DNA of 33,914 nt from Basidioascus undulatus. Its lineage: Eukaryota. The stretch lies in contig JTLS01000080.1 of NCBI GenBank assembly GCA_000826855.1, positions 1 through 33,914 of the forward strand, read 5' to 3'. Position 1 is the stretch's first letter; each line of letters begins with the position of its first letter. The position numbers and the translations under genes were made by a program. The notes beneath the pieces were generated by a model. That model was not told the DNA's origin and made no database searches. It saw nothing but the letters and a program-made list of their open reading frames with translations. This document shows, one piece after another, positions 23,105 through 33,914 of this stretch.

Positions 23105-24513
23105 CGCAGCAGCGCGCTCAATATCAGTCTCGTTGTCGTTGTCAGTGTCGCCGCCACCGCCGCCAATGCTAAGAAGGTGGTGGTCTGGGAGCGCTCGGAT
23201 TCAGGGCAGAAGAAGAACTCGGGAGGAATGAGCGCGAGCTTCTTTTGAGACGGCCAGCCCCGGGCAGAGTGACCGCCTGAGGGCTCGTGCACTCGGAGCG
23301 TCACACACTTGCCATCGTGCGTGGCCAGCGTCCTGGTCACACAAATCCGCCTCGCACTCTTGCTCCCTGCCTACGCCTTCCCCACAAATATTCAATGAAA
23401 AAAATTCTCATGCGCACACCTTGCAGCTTCCTCGATAACACCATACGGTTGCCTTGCCGAACCCAACCTCAGTTTTCACCGCTGCAAGACTGTCACGACG
23501 GCGATCGGCTGTTGAAACGCAACGAGCAGCCTGGTTTGCATCCTGAGGCGTAAGTACATTTTTATCGTACGAAACGTCCTTGTCGTTGCGTGAATCTGAT
23601 AATAAAACGTTGAGATTGAAGGCTATCAGGGATCAGCGACAGACGGTTAGTAGCTTGAAACGTGTCCGCAAGTACTGTACAAATTTCCACATTTGCGCGG
23701 GGCATTCAATTCCTTTGTGCACACGGCAGGGTATCACAGCGCGTGCCACTGCATCGCTCCTGAAGTCATGGAAGAAGGCAAGGAGAACGAGCAGCGCGAA
23801 GCTTGATTTGAAGCGTGAAACACGAGCGCGATTGTTTTCTTGCCCGGGTTCCGAAACTTCACGCCTTATCTTTGCGTGTGGTCCCCATTGTGAACAAACT
23901 GCCCCCTGGACGCTCTTACTTGTTTACCGTGATGCCTGCAAAACTGGCATAACGATACGTGCCGGACGCCCGTCGAAGGAGCGAAAGGACTTCGACGCCC
24001 CAGGCCTCGCGATTTGGTTGGCGCTGACTTCAGAACGATCGTCGCTGATGGTCTACTCTTCCTTTCACTAATATACCCCTAATTCTACCCATCCAGAACT
24101 TCGTACAGTGCTCTAGTTGAACGAGTTTAAGCATTCCTGGACGGTCGTCGATGGTAGCATGTACAGCCGCTCCTGCTCTGCCGTATCCTGCTCTCGCGCG
24201 ACACGGCTCAAGCAAGCTTCAGATGAAATGTTGGCCATCATCCAGACGGCACACACACCTGCAACGGACGGCGATGCCGCCCCTGAATCATCCAGCTGGG
24301 TGAGTACGTCGAGAACTGAAAGCACACAGAACGCCCCAGATGTTGGCAACGGCAATTGATCGGCTAAGAAAAGAGAGGACTAGAGACTAGAGACGTGACA
24401 GGAGAGCAAAGAGTTCTAGAGCGTTCGTACAGATGCAGATGCAGGACGTGACATGGTACCCGTGATTAAGAAAAGAAAAGAGAAGAGGAGAGAAACGCGA
24501 ATGAAAAGGGACC

Positions 24514-24935
24514 TCAAAGCGCCTGGGCGAAGGCGACGGCGACGTCCTGGAGAATGGAGACTGGTCAGCTCATGTCTTGGAGGGGGACAGCAGAAACAAA
24601 CGTACATCGCTGTGAGAAATAGACACCAACACCTCCGTGATGCCGCGGGAGGCGGCAGCCTGTGCAGCCTCAGCGTGGAGATGAACCTTCGGGCCGTTCT
24701 TCTCGGTGAGGATCTCGATGCTCGACATCGCGGCGCCTGCACCTCGCAAAGGCACCCCGAGTGCCTTCGCGATGGCCTCCTTGGCGCACCACCTGCCGGC
24801 AAGTGTGGCGCGCGAGTCAGGCTGGGACCGCGCGTAGCCCAACTCCGCCGGCGTGTAGTTTCGCGCCAAGAAAGTCTCGTTCTCGGTCGGGACGGCGTGG
24901 ATTAACTCAACGTCCGTCCCGACACCGAGAACGCC
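24514..24935 (-). other. FAS phosphopantetheinyl transferase (AcpS-type) domain
   Basis: GVGTDVEL...[10 protein letters not shown]...[15 protein letters not shown]...VSISHSD|DVAVAFA. Confidence 0.92.
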
Positions 24936-27900
24936 CTCAGTGGAGCCAACGAGTTGTTGCGCGATCGCGGCGTTCCCCGAACAAAGATCAACCGTTTGGT
25001 TGAGCTTCTTCGGGAAACTGTACGAGCCCGAGGCGTCCTTGACAGTGCGCGCGAGCGGGTTCAGGAGCACGGGCTGCTCGAGCTCGGGCGTGAACGGCGG
25101 CGCCTCCTTGATGACCACGAGGTTCTCCTTGATCAGGTGGTCCTGTGGAAGGGGCAAGATTCCGATGAGCACGGCAAGGGGAAAGGAGGGTAAATTAAAT
25201 CAGAACGCACGTTGAGCTTCTTGTAGCTCGCGTTGTAGCGAGCGGCGCGGTCGGCCGCGTACTTCTCGAGGACCGCGGGCTCGAGCGAGGCGAGGAGGTA
25301 CGCCGGGTGGATGATGAGCGCGGAACCGCCGACCTGGCCGAAACCTGAAGAGTAGCTTCCTTCAGTCACGCGGTTACCGCGTGACTGAGACAAAAGAAAA
25401 ACGCACCGAACGACGTGAGGATACCGCACTTAATCGCGTCAACCTTGATGCTGCGCGAGAGGTAGACGAGGTACTCGAACGCCTGCATTTCGGCGGAGAT
25501 GTTGTCGGCGTTGCTGATGGTGCGCCCTGTCAGCAGCGTTCTGGCGACAGCAAACGTGCTCGAAACGTACCGGTTGCCAGGGATGATCGCGTCGTTGATG
25601 ACCTGAGTAAGGCCGTTGAACATCCAAGCAGCGGCACCGCCCTTGGGGTGACCTGATAAGACAAAACACGTCAGCGACTGAGCGCGAAGGGAGGAGGACT
25701 GGAAGGGAGAACGCACCAGTGAGCCACTTCTGGGCGATGACCGGGCAGGCGTTACCCTTCGAACGGCCGAGCTGCGCGAACTGAGCGTTGTAGACCGTGC
25801 TCTCGTTCTTGTCGTTGGCCTTGGTCGAGGTGCCGTGGAACGAGACGGCACCGACGTCGTCGATCTGCAGCAACAAAACGTTAGCGGGAGAAGTCGAGGT
25901 GGAGAAAGGCAAGTACGCACGGTCAGGCCCCAGACGGCGAGCGCACGGCGGAGCGGCGCGATACGGGGGTCGGAGCCCTCGAGCATGCCGAAGGTGGCGA
26001 GCGCCTCCTTCTCCTGGCGGCGCGCCTCCTCCTCAATGTAGGAGGTGCGCTCCTGGAAGAACGCCTCGTCGACGGTCTTGCCCTCGGCCTTGAGCGCGTT
26101 GACCTCCGCCTTGAGGACCTCATACTCGTTGTCCATCCACTGCGAGACCTGCTTACGGCGGAACGCGAGCTGGCGCGCGCGGTAGTCGATGTCGAGCGTC
26201 GGGAGCGGGTACTTGGACGGGATCTCGCGCGCGGTGCTGAGGACTCCCTTGCCCGGACTGTCGGCACACGATGGAGTCAGGCTCGAGTTGCAAATTAAAA
26301 GAGAAATAGATGACGCACGCAGGCACAGAGCGGCCAGCCTTGTCGGTCGAGGTGGAGGTGAAGGCGACGATACCGCGGATCGTCGCGCCCATCTTGATGG
26401 CCGTTGAGGCGGACATGAGGACGTGGACACCGGTGCCCTGCGACTCCATGAAGCCAGCGCGAGTGGTGGTAGTCGGGCGCGACATCTCGTTGGGCTCACG
26501 GCCCATCGCGAGCTCACTCTCGGTGTTGCTCGTCGCCTTCATGTTGGCGAACTCATACGAGCCCTCCTCGCTGAAGTCGTCGAAGCCACCAGCGAGCATG
26601 ACCTTGGCCTTGCCGTTAAGGATTGTGTCGCAGGCGATCTCGACGGACTGCAGCGCGGTAGCGCTGTAGATAGAAGGTTGGTGTCAGCAAGCGACTTCGG
26701 ATGGGACAGTGGAAGTGGAAGACGTACCAAGCACCGACGGGGATCTTGATCGGGCCGGACGACGAGAGGAGGAGCAGGTTGACCCAGCCGGCGACCGTGT
26801 TAATGAAGCTATTCGGGAACTTAAGTCAGAACTTGCCCGTCTCGAGACAGAAGAGAATGAAGGCGCACGTCTCCTGGAGAACGTCCATCTGGACGTCCTT
26901 CTCCTCGCGGCGGTCCTTGAACATGGCCGCGAGCGACTGCATACCACCCATGCCGGAGCCGATGGAGGAACCGACCTGTTCAAGAAAGGTGGTCAGCAAC
27001 GGCGGAAAGGAGAGAAGGAGAGGGAAAGGGACGAACCTCGGACGGGTGCACGAACTTGTAGAGCTCGTAGGGGTCGTTGACGCCGGACTGGATGAGGGCC
27101 TCCGCCGCGCAGACCAGCGCCCAGAGCGCGGTGCGGTCGGTCTGCGCGATGATGTCCGCGGGGATGCCGTAGCGGCCGGCGTCCCAGCCGGTCGGGATCT
27201 GACCGGCGACAAGGCGGTCGAAGCGGAACGCCTTCGGGACGAGGACGCGAGCGCCCTTCTTAAGCTTGGCGAACCAGGCGGACTCAGTCGACCAGATGTC
27301 GACCTTGCCGCCGTGCTCCTTCTTGAACTTGAGCGCGTCCGCCTCCGAGACCTCGATCGCCTCGAGGTCGTGGTTGAGCTCGACCTCCTGATGGAAGACC
27401 TTGTGCTTGGGGTCGTAGCCCTTGAACAGATCGGGCTCTGCAGACGCGCAGAACGTCAGACCGGCAAGGAAAGGAAAGACGCAGGAGACGTACCGATGAG
27501 GCGGATGCCGGTGTGCTCGAGGATCTGCTTCTCGTACTTGATCTTGACGTCCTTGTCGTCGACGGGGTCCTGCGTCTTGGCGTCGACCCAGCCGACGAAG
27601 AGCTGGCCGTTCTTGAGGCGCCCGTCGAAGTGCTTGATCAGGCCCATCATCCAGGCCATCTCGATGCAGCCCTCGATCGTGAACTCGCCGCGTGCCTCCA
27701 TCTCCCAGCGCGTGCGCGAGCTGCCCCACGGGCCGACTTCGGCGAAGCCGGTGACGACGACGACCTTGTCGAGGTCGATCATGCCGCGGAGCTTGGAAAG
27801 CTCGCCGAACGCGGCTGGCTGCTTGAGGTCGGGGAAGGAGAACTTGAAGTTCGCGCGTGGCGCGATCGGGACCTTCTGGTGGAGGCGCTCCGCGTCGACG

Positions 27901-30900
27901 CCATTGACGACCTTGAAGTCGGCCGAGTTGTCGATCGTGATTGCGCGGCGCTGAGCGGCGGTCGCGTTGATGTCGAGACGGAGGTTGGTCGTGATCTCCG
28001 CAAGGTTGGGGAGGCGGTCCATGCCACCGTTGAGGTCGGCCCAGATCGGCTCGACTTGGGTGATGTCGAAGAGCAGCGGGTGCATCAGGCCGAGGATGTT
28101 GAATGCCATCTCCTTCGCCGAGAAGGTGCGGACGCCACACTTCTCGACGCCCTCCGCGACGATGTTGATCGCGCTCATGAGACCGGTGCCGCGAGTCCAA
28201 CTAAAAAGACAAGGTCCGCATCAGGATCGTTTCGAAAAGAAGTGTGAAAAGAGAAAGGACGCACCCGATGACCGCGCCGGCAAGGCAGAGATACTCGCCC
28301 CAGCTCTCGGCGCTCCAACGGTTGAAGAGTGTCTCGAGCGAGATCTTCGACTCGGAGTAGAGACCGTCCGAGCCGAAGAGACCGTGGTTGGGCGAGAGCG
28401 GGAGGACGACCTGCGTCGGGCGCGTGACGAAGTTGCGCGCGGCCTTCTTGGTCTTGACGGCGCCGAGCAGGCGGAGCAGGTTGACCAACATGATGCGGTG
28501 GGCGAGCTCGGACTTGTCGTCGATGCCGTCGATCTCGCGCCCGTTCTCGGGGAGGGCGGCGAAGGGGAGGATGTAGTCGAGGTCCATGCCGAGCGTGGAG
28601 TAGATGTACTCGACGAGCGCCTCGACGTCCTGCTTCGAGCCCTGGTTGAACGGTACGACGGTGAGGGAAGAGTCACGGCTACCGCACTCCTGGTAGACGG
28701 CCTGGTAGTACTCGACCGTGGCGCGGCTGTAGCGCGAGGTCGTGATGACGACGCGCGCGCCACCGGCCAGGAGGCCCTTCAGGATCTCGACGCCGATCGA
28801 GCCCTTGCCGACACCCGTGAGGAGCGCATTCTTCTGGCGGAAGGTCGTGCCGGACGTTGCGATCTCGGTGAGGATGTCGAGGTCTGCAGGGAAGAACACG
28901 TAAGGTCAGCTGAAAAGATCATGAAGAGCGAATCAGCATAAAACACTTACAGATCGACGTGAGCTTGGAGCTGTACTGCCAGTTGTTACCGAGCTTGCGC
29001 TTCAGGTGGAGGAACGGCAGCTTGTCCTCGGCGACCAGGGCAGACTCTGCGACAGTGGGGCGGAGGAACTGCGAGGACGAGCGGCGGCTGCGAGGGCCGG
29101 GCGCGGAGCGGCGCAGCTCAGCGGGACGGCCCAGCGAGCGCACGACTTCGCCGTAGAGGGACTGAGGAGGAAACGGTCAGCGCCTCGTCGTTTCATGGAA
29201 GAGCAAAGAAGACTCACCTTGATCGCAGCCTTGTGGCCACGGGAGACGTTCGGCTGCGCCTTGATGAGGCGCCAGAGCTTCGCGACGTCGGCCTGGACCT
29301 TGTCGAGGTTGACGCTGGCGCCGGTGATCTTTCCACCGGTAGCCATCTCCTTGACTGTAAACGGAAAGCACGTAAGTCATCTTCTGCAAACGTAGATATG
29401 CGTCGGAACGGACCGTAAGCCTCGAGCTTGCGAACCGACTCGCGGTTGACCTCCGAGTACTCGAGGTCGCCACGAGCGGTGACCTCGGTCTTAGGCGCAG
29501 TCGGGAAGGTGACTGCCAAGTCAATGTCAGCGTCGCACATCCAAGTAAACAAACCAACAAAAGCTGCTTACCATCCTTATACTTGGGCGGCTCGCCCGAT
29601 GCGACTGCTTCGCGGACGTTCTCGAGCAGCTGCTCGCCGAGCTCCTTCGCGAGCTTGTAGGTGGGGCCCAGCTCGACGTTGACGGTGGAGATGTAGTACT
29701 CCATGTAGTCGACGAGCGCGGGGTCGGCACGCGAAATGATGTTCAGGCAGCGTGAGGTGACTGTGCGAACAGAGTCAGCACGTCCAAGACAGGGATGAAG
29801 AGTTCAGGACGAAGACTCACTGTCGCGGTCAACGGTCGTGAGACGGCCGAAGATGATGTCGTAGAACATCGACAGCGCGTCCTGCATAAGAAACGAATCA
29901 GTGCTGTAGATAGGTGCAAAGGTCGGCGGGCAACGCACCTGACGAGCCCAGTTCCAGCTCGAGTCGAAGGTGCGCGCCTTGAGCGGCTCGAACACTGCAG
30001 GACGTATGGTCAGGATCGGAGAGATGAAGACGAACAGGAAGGAAAACGCACCAGGCATGACACCCTCAATGTAAGTGTCGCCGTGCTCCTTGGCGATGGC
30101 GTCCAGACGCTCCTGGAGAGCGGCCGAGTTGGCCTTCTCCTCGTCGTGGAGACGGTGGCCGGCACGGGCGTCGCGCTGCAGCAGAAAGGGAGTCAGTTGC
30201 CGAGCGAGGAGAATTAAGAGATAATCGAATGCGCACCTTGAGGTAGCGCAGGTAAAGGTCGACCTGCTGCGAGGCGAACTCGTTCTGCGCCTCCTGGAAC
30301 TTCTCGAGCTCCTCGCTGCTGATGACAGCGCCGCCGCCGCCGCCACCGCCGCCGCCGCCGCCAGCCGCGCCGCCAGCCGAGAGCGAGATGCCGGTCTGCT
30401 GAGCGTAAGCGGCGACGACAGAGTCGAGCCAGGCCTTCGCCTCGGGCTCGGAGCCGAGACGCTTGGGCGGCTCCATGGTGACACCGAGGAGGAGCGCGGC
30501 GTCCGAGCGGCCGGGACCGAGACCCCAATTCTTCGAAAGGTAGGCCTTGATGGCGGAGAGGTTGAAGCCACCGGGCATCTTGCCGCCGACGAGACGTGAG
30601 ACGAGACCGCTGGTGTGCTTACCGAGCGCGCCGGAGTAGCCGACCGAGAGCGCAGCGCCCAGCTCGTCGAGAGGAAGCTCCTCGCCCTTCTCAGGAGCGC
30701 TGAAGGGAAAAGAACGTCAGTCGAAGCTTCTTTAGATTGAATGGAGACGGACGCAAGACGTACGAGCTAAACTCGGCCTGGAGGTCACCGAGGATCTCAT
30801 TCTGCAGGGTCGACTTGCCGCCGACGAGGTCCTTGATCGCCTTGGAGAGCGGGACCTCGTCAACGCGCTTCTTGAGCTTCTGCGCGATGATGATGCGAAG

Positions 30901-33900
30901 CGTGTCGACCGCCTTGAGAGGCTCGTCGGGAACCTCGGCGGCGGGACCGCTCGACGCGGCAGGAGCGGCGGCGACGGGAGCCGACGCGGCGGGGGCAGCA
31001 GGAGCAGCCGCGGGCACAGGCGCGGACTCAGCCGCAGCGGGGGCGGACTCCTCCTCGGCGTCCTCGATCTGGTAGTAGAGCTCCTTGGTGTTCTTGGCGT
31101 GGCAGAGGATCGCGCGACGGATCGTGAGAGAGCCATCGAGGCTCTCGTACTTGAGCTTCTGCGTGCGCGTCGCCATACCGGTGAGGGTCGGCGACGGACC
31201 GAGCTCGACGAGGCGCTCGAACTGGTACTTGGTGAAGAGGAGGTCTGAGGAAGAAATTGAGGTCAGCGACGGTTGTGTGGAACTTCAGCCCGAAATTGAC
31301 CTGCCCTGCGTCTCGATCCAGCGGACGGGCGAAGCTGTGGGAATGATGTTAGAAGAGCAAATCAAAACTTGAGCAACCACGAGCACGTGCCGAACTGGTA
31401 CGCGAGGAGCTCGACGAGGATGGTGTATGCGAGCTTCTGGCGGTTCTCGGACGCATCCCATGAGTCGCGCTCCCAGTTCTTAAGGACGCGGTCGAGACGG
31501 GGCGAGGCCGTCTGGTCGAAGATGAGCTGGGCGTCTGTAGAACGCAAAGTACGTGTCAGGCATGGAGGACAGTTACGTAGCGGAGCCGGACTTACAGGAC
31601 TTCGAGACCTCGAACGGCTTGGCGACCAAGTTCGGGATATACTTGCCGATGAGCATGTCGGGGTCGAGGTCTGGCGGAGCGGGAAAACGTGAGCGTAGTG
31701 GCGGCGCGCGGGACAATGAGAAACGTACCGTTCGGGTTGATCTTCTTCGATAGGTCTGTACAAGAAGCAGAAGGGTCAGCAAAAATTGGCGCAGTGATGA
31801 AGACCGGCAAACGCACAGGTGCGGAACGGCATCACACCCTGGAAGACAGATGCATGTCAGTTCTATTTCCATCGGAAAGAGAGCAAGTCTCAAAGACGCA
31901 CCGCCCACAAGTAGCGGGAGTGGAAGGGGACGTCGATACCCGGGAGGGGGATGGTCGCGAAGCCGCGCTCGAGCTCGATCCAGCCAGTCTTGGCCTCCTT
32001 CTCCTTGGCAGCGGCGAAGCAGCCCTCGACGATCTCCTCGAGCTTCTCCTTGACCTGCTCAACGCTCATGATCTATGTAGGAAGCAAGTTCCACGTCAGT
32101 TTGGTGAGCTGGAGAGTGGAAAGAGACGACCAGAGAATGTCAACCTTAGTGAGCTCGGCGATGTCGATCTGCAGCGAAAACATTTCAGCCAGCAAGCGCG
32201 CATGTTTGGAAAAGTAGAAGCGCACCTTCTGGACCTTCAGGAGGTTGAGGGTGTTCGTGAGGGTGTCGAGCGCGAGAAGGTGGCCGGCCGTGACGTATTG
32301 CTGGCCGTCGACGTTGAACTGCGGTTACAAAGGACCGTTGAGCCATCATGCGGGCACAAGAGAGAAAGCGCGAAACGCACGTTGACGATCTGCAGCAGCA
32401 GGTCGGTCTTGCGCGAGACGGCGTCGACGATCTCACGCAGGACGACCTCGTTGAAGGACTGGAGGGATGGGGCGGATGAGCTGCTGCGCAGGAATGGGTG
32501 TCAAAAGAAGGATGCTCACCTTGCCAATGCGCGACGGGTTAACTGAGAGAGAAAATTGAAAGATGAGCTTGCTGGAGGAACGACTGGGGCCGAGAATAAC
32601 TTACCGGCCATCATGCGGAACTGCGAACGGCCGTCCGCGTCACGCTCGACGGCGCGCTGCATGGTCAGACCGCGGTAGAAAACGACGTCCGTGAGAGCGG
32701 AGATGGGGAGGACGTCCGCGATCGACGCGAGCGACGCGTACTCGCCGAGCGAGTGGCCGGCTGCGCACACGAAGCGAAAACTGTCAGCCCGAGCGAAAAG
32801 GAGCAGATTGGAAAAAAGGGAAACGCACCGAAGGAGCAGTCACGCTGGACAAGGCCCTTGCTGCGCATGTCCTCGAAGGCGGCCTTCTCCATGGTCACGA
32901 GCGCGATCTGCGCGAACTGGGTCGCGAAGAGCAGACCGTTCGGCGAGTCGAAGGTGTAGTCGGTCGTGCGGAGGCCGATGTCGGGGCTGCAAATGCGGAA
33001 AGGGATCAGCTTAAGAACGCGAAGTGAAGTAGAGTGGAGGAGAAACTCACAAGAGCGGGAGGGTCTTCACATTGCCGTCCTTGTCGGTCGTGTCGTACAT
33101 GAGGTCCATGTAGCGCTGACGGATCGCCTGGCCCTTGAGACCACCGAAGTGGATCGTCTTGGTCTTCGCGTTGCTCTTGACGATGTCGATGATCGAGAAC
33201 CCGTAGACGTCGAGGAGGTGCGCGTCGGCGGCGTCCCAGACCGCAGCGGCCGCGGGCGAGTTGGCGTAGAGCTCCATGCCCATGCCCTGCTCCTGCGAGC
33301 CCTGCCCGGTGAAGACGTACGCGGTCGTCGGCTGCGCGACCTCGGCCGTGCCGTCGATGACCTTCTCGCCGCGCTGGTTGAACGTCTCGACCTTGATGAG
33401 CTTGTTGCCATCCTTCATGCCGGTGTGCTTGAGCTTGACCTCGAGCTCGTCGGTCGGTAGGACCATGCCGACGAAGGTGACGGCGTAGCTGCACAAGCAA
33501 GGCAAATCGTCAGCGCTATGAAGAGAGAATGCAAGGGAGAATGAGAGAAGCGTACCTCAGGACGCGCTCCGGGTGGTTCTCCGCGGCGACCGTCTCCAGG
33601 AACTTGCGCGTCGCGGCGCTCGACCACAGGCCGTGGGTGATGGTGCCGGGGAGCGCGGCGTAGTCCGCGAAGTACGGGTTGACGTGGATGGGGTTGAAGT
33701 CGCCCGAGATCTTGGAGTACGGCTCGTTGGAGTGTGGCGAGACGAAGGTCGACGGCGCAGCGGACGAGGTGAGCGAGTAGCCGCCGTTCTCGAACGGCAC
33801 GACGCCGGTCTGAGCCTTGCCGTGGCGGCGGAGGTACTCGAGGACGGGGTTGCCGTGCGCGGGCCCGCTCTCGAGCTCGACGGTCGCGACCTGGACGAGC

Positions 33901-33914
33901 TCCTTGAGCTGGTT
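24514..33914 (-). CDS. FAS2: Fungal type I fatty acid synthase, 5'-partial chain encoding DH-MPT-ACP-KR-KS-PPT
   Basis: [155 protein letters not shown]. Stop at 24514-24516. Confidence 0.97.
25300..27780 (-). other. FAS ketoacyl synthase domain
   Basis: [22 protein letters not shown]. Catalytic Cys in PVGA-C-ATA; His residues in FHGTST and GHPKG. Confidence 0.93.
28030..28885 (-). other. FAS ketoreductase domain
   Basis: [17 protein letters not shown]-binding motif, LPLSPNHG, and YSESK (Tyr codon 28357-28359). Confidence 0.92.
30328..30378 (-). repeat. GGC-rich run encoding the poly-Gly linker after the ACP
   Basis: + strand (ccg)n tract translating to [19 protein letters not shown]. Confidence 0.85.
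30385..30930 (-). other. Single FAS acyl carrier protein domain
   Basis: [21 protein letters not shown]...GGKST (Ser codon 30811-30813)...MPGGFNLS...[10 protein letters not shown], preceded by an Ala/Pro linker (30930-31060). Confidence 0.93.
31090..33330 (-). other. FAS malonyl/palmitoyl transferase domain, uninterrupted
   Basis: GQGSQ, GHSLGEY (Ser codon 32750-32752), [47 protein letters not shown]. Confidence 0.92.

Noticed and set aside
23580..24360. ORFs between RasGAP and the FAS 3' end
   Set aside because: No family signal or codon bias; a gene call cannot be supported.
26701..28941. Long antisense or alternate-frame ORFs (417, 406, 324 aa) over FAS
   Set aside because: Expected by-product of strong third-position GC bias; the FAS frame explains the sequence.
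2808..33914. Idea that FAS, the Zn2Cys6 TF and the glycosyltransferase-like gene form a glycolipid biosynthetic cluster
   Set aside because: They are separated by housekeeping genes (APL3, RasGAP), there are no P450, acyltransferase or transporter genes, and the FAS looks like the primary-metabolism enzyme.
1..33914. tRNA, rRNA, riboswitch, snoRNA or CRISPR features
   Set aside because: None recognised by eye; a covariance-model scan would be needed to exclude small RNAs in the longer introns (6185-6371, 15452-15628).

Overview
Intron-rich, GC-rich eukaryotic DNA. The short introns with GTGCGT/GTACGT/GTGAGT donors and CTGAC/CTAAC branch points, plus the protein sequences, point to a basidiomycete fungus, probably a Microbotryomycetes/Rhodotorula-like yeast (inference). 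Left to right: the 3' part of a ribose-phosphate pyrophosphokinase (PRS) gene; an orphan ORF; a membrane-anchored STELLO/DUF288-like protein; a Zn(II)2Cys6 transcription factor; two adjacent decayed genes (a PDI-like gene lacking CGHC and a class II aldolase/adducin gene); AP-2 adaptor alpha subunit; a PH-like/C2/RasGAP gene; and the 3' 9.4 kb of a type I fatty acid synthase (DH-MPT-single ACP-KR-KS-PPT in one chain). The most unusual observation is that the PRS gene appears to contain two single-nucleotide exons (C at 366, A at 1198), each flanked by two complete introns. The first is needed to restore the conserved DNLY motif; the second selects between three C-termini. All gene models were spliced by hand and family calls are from motif recognition, not database searches.
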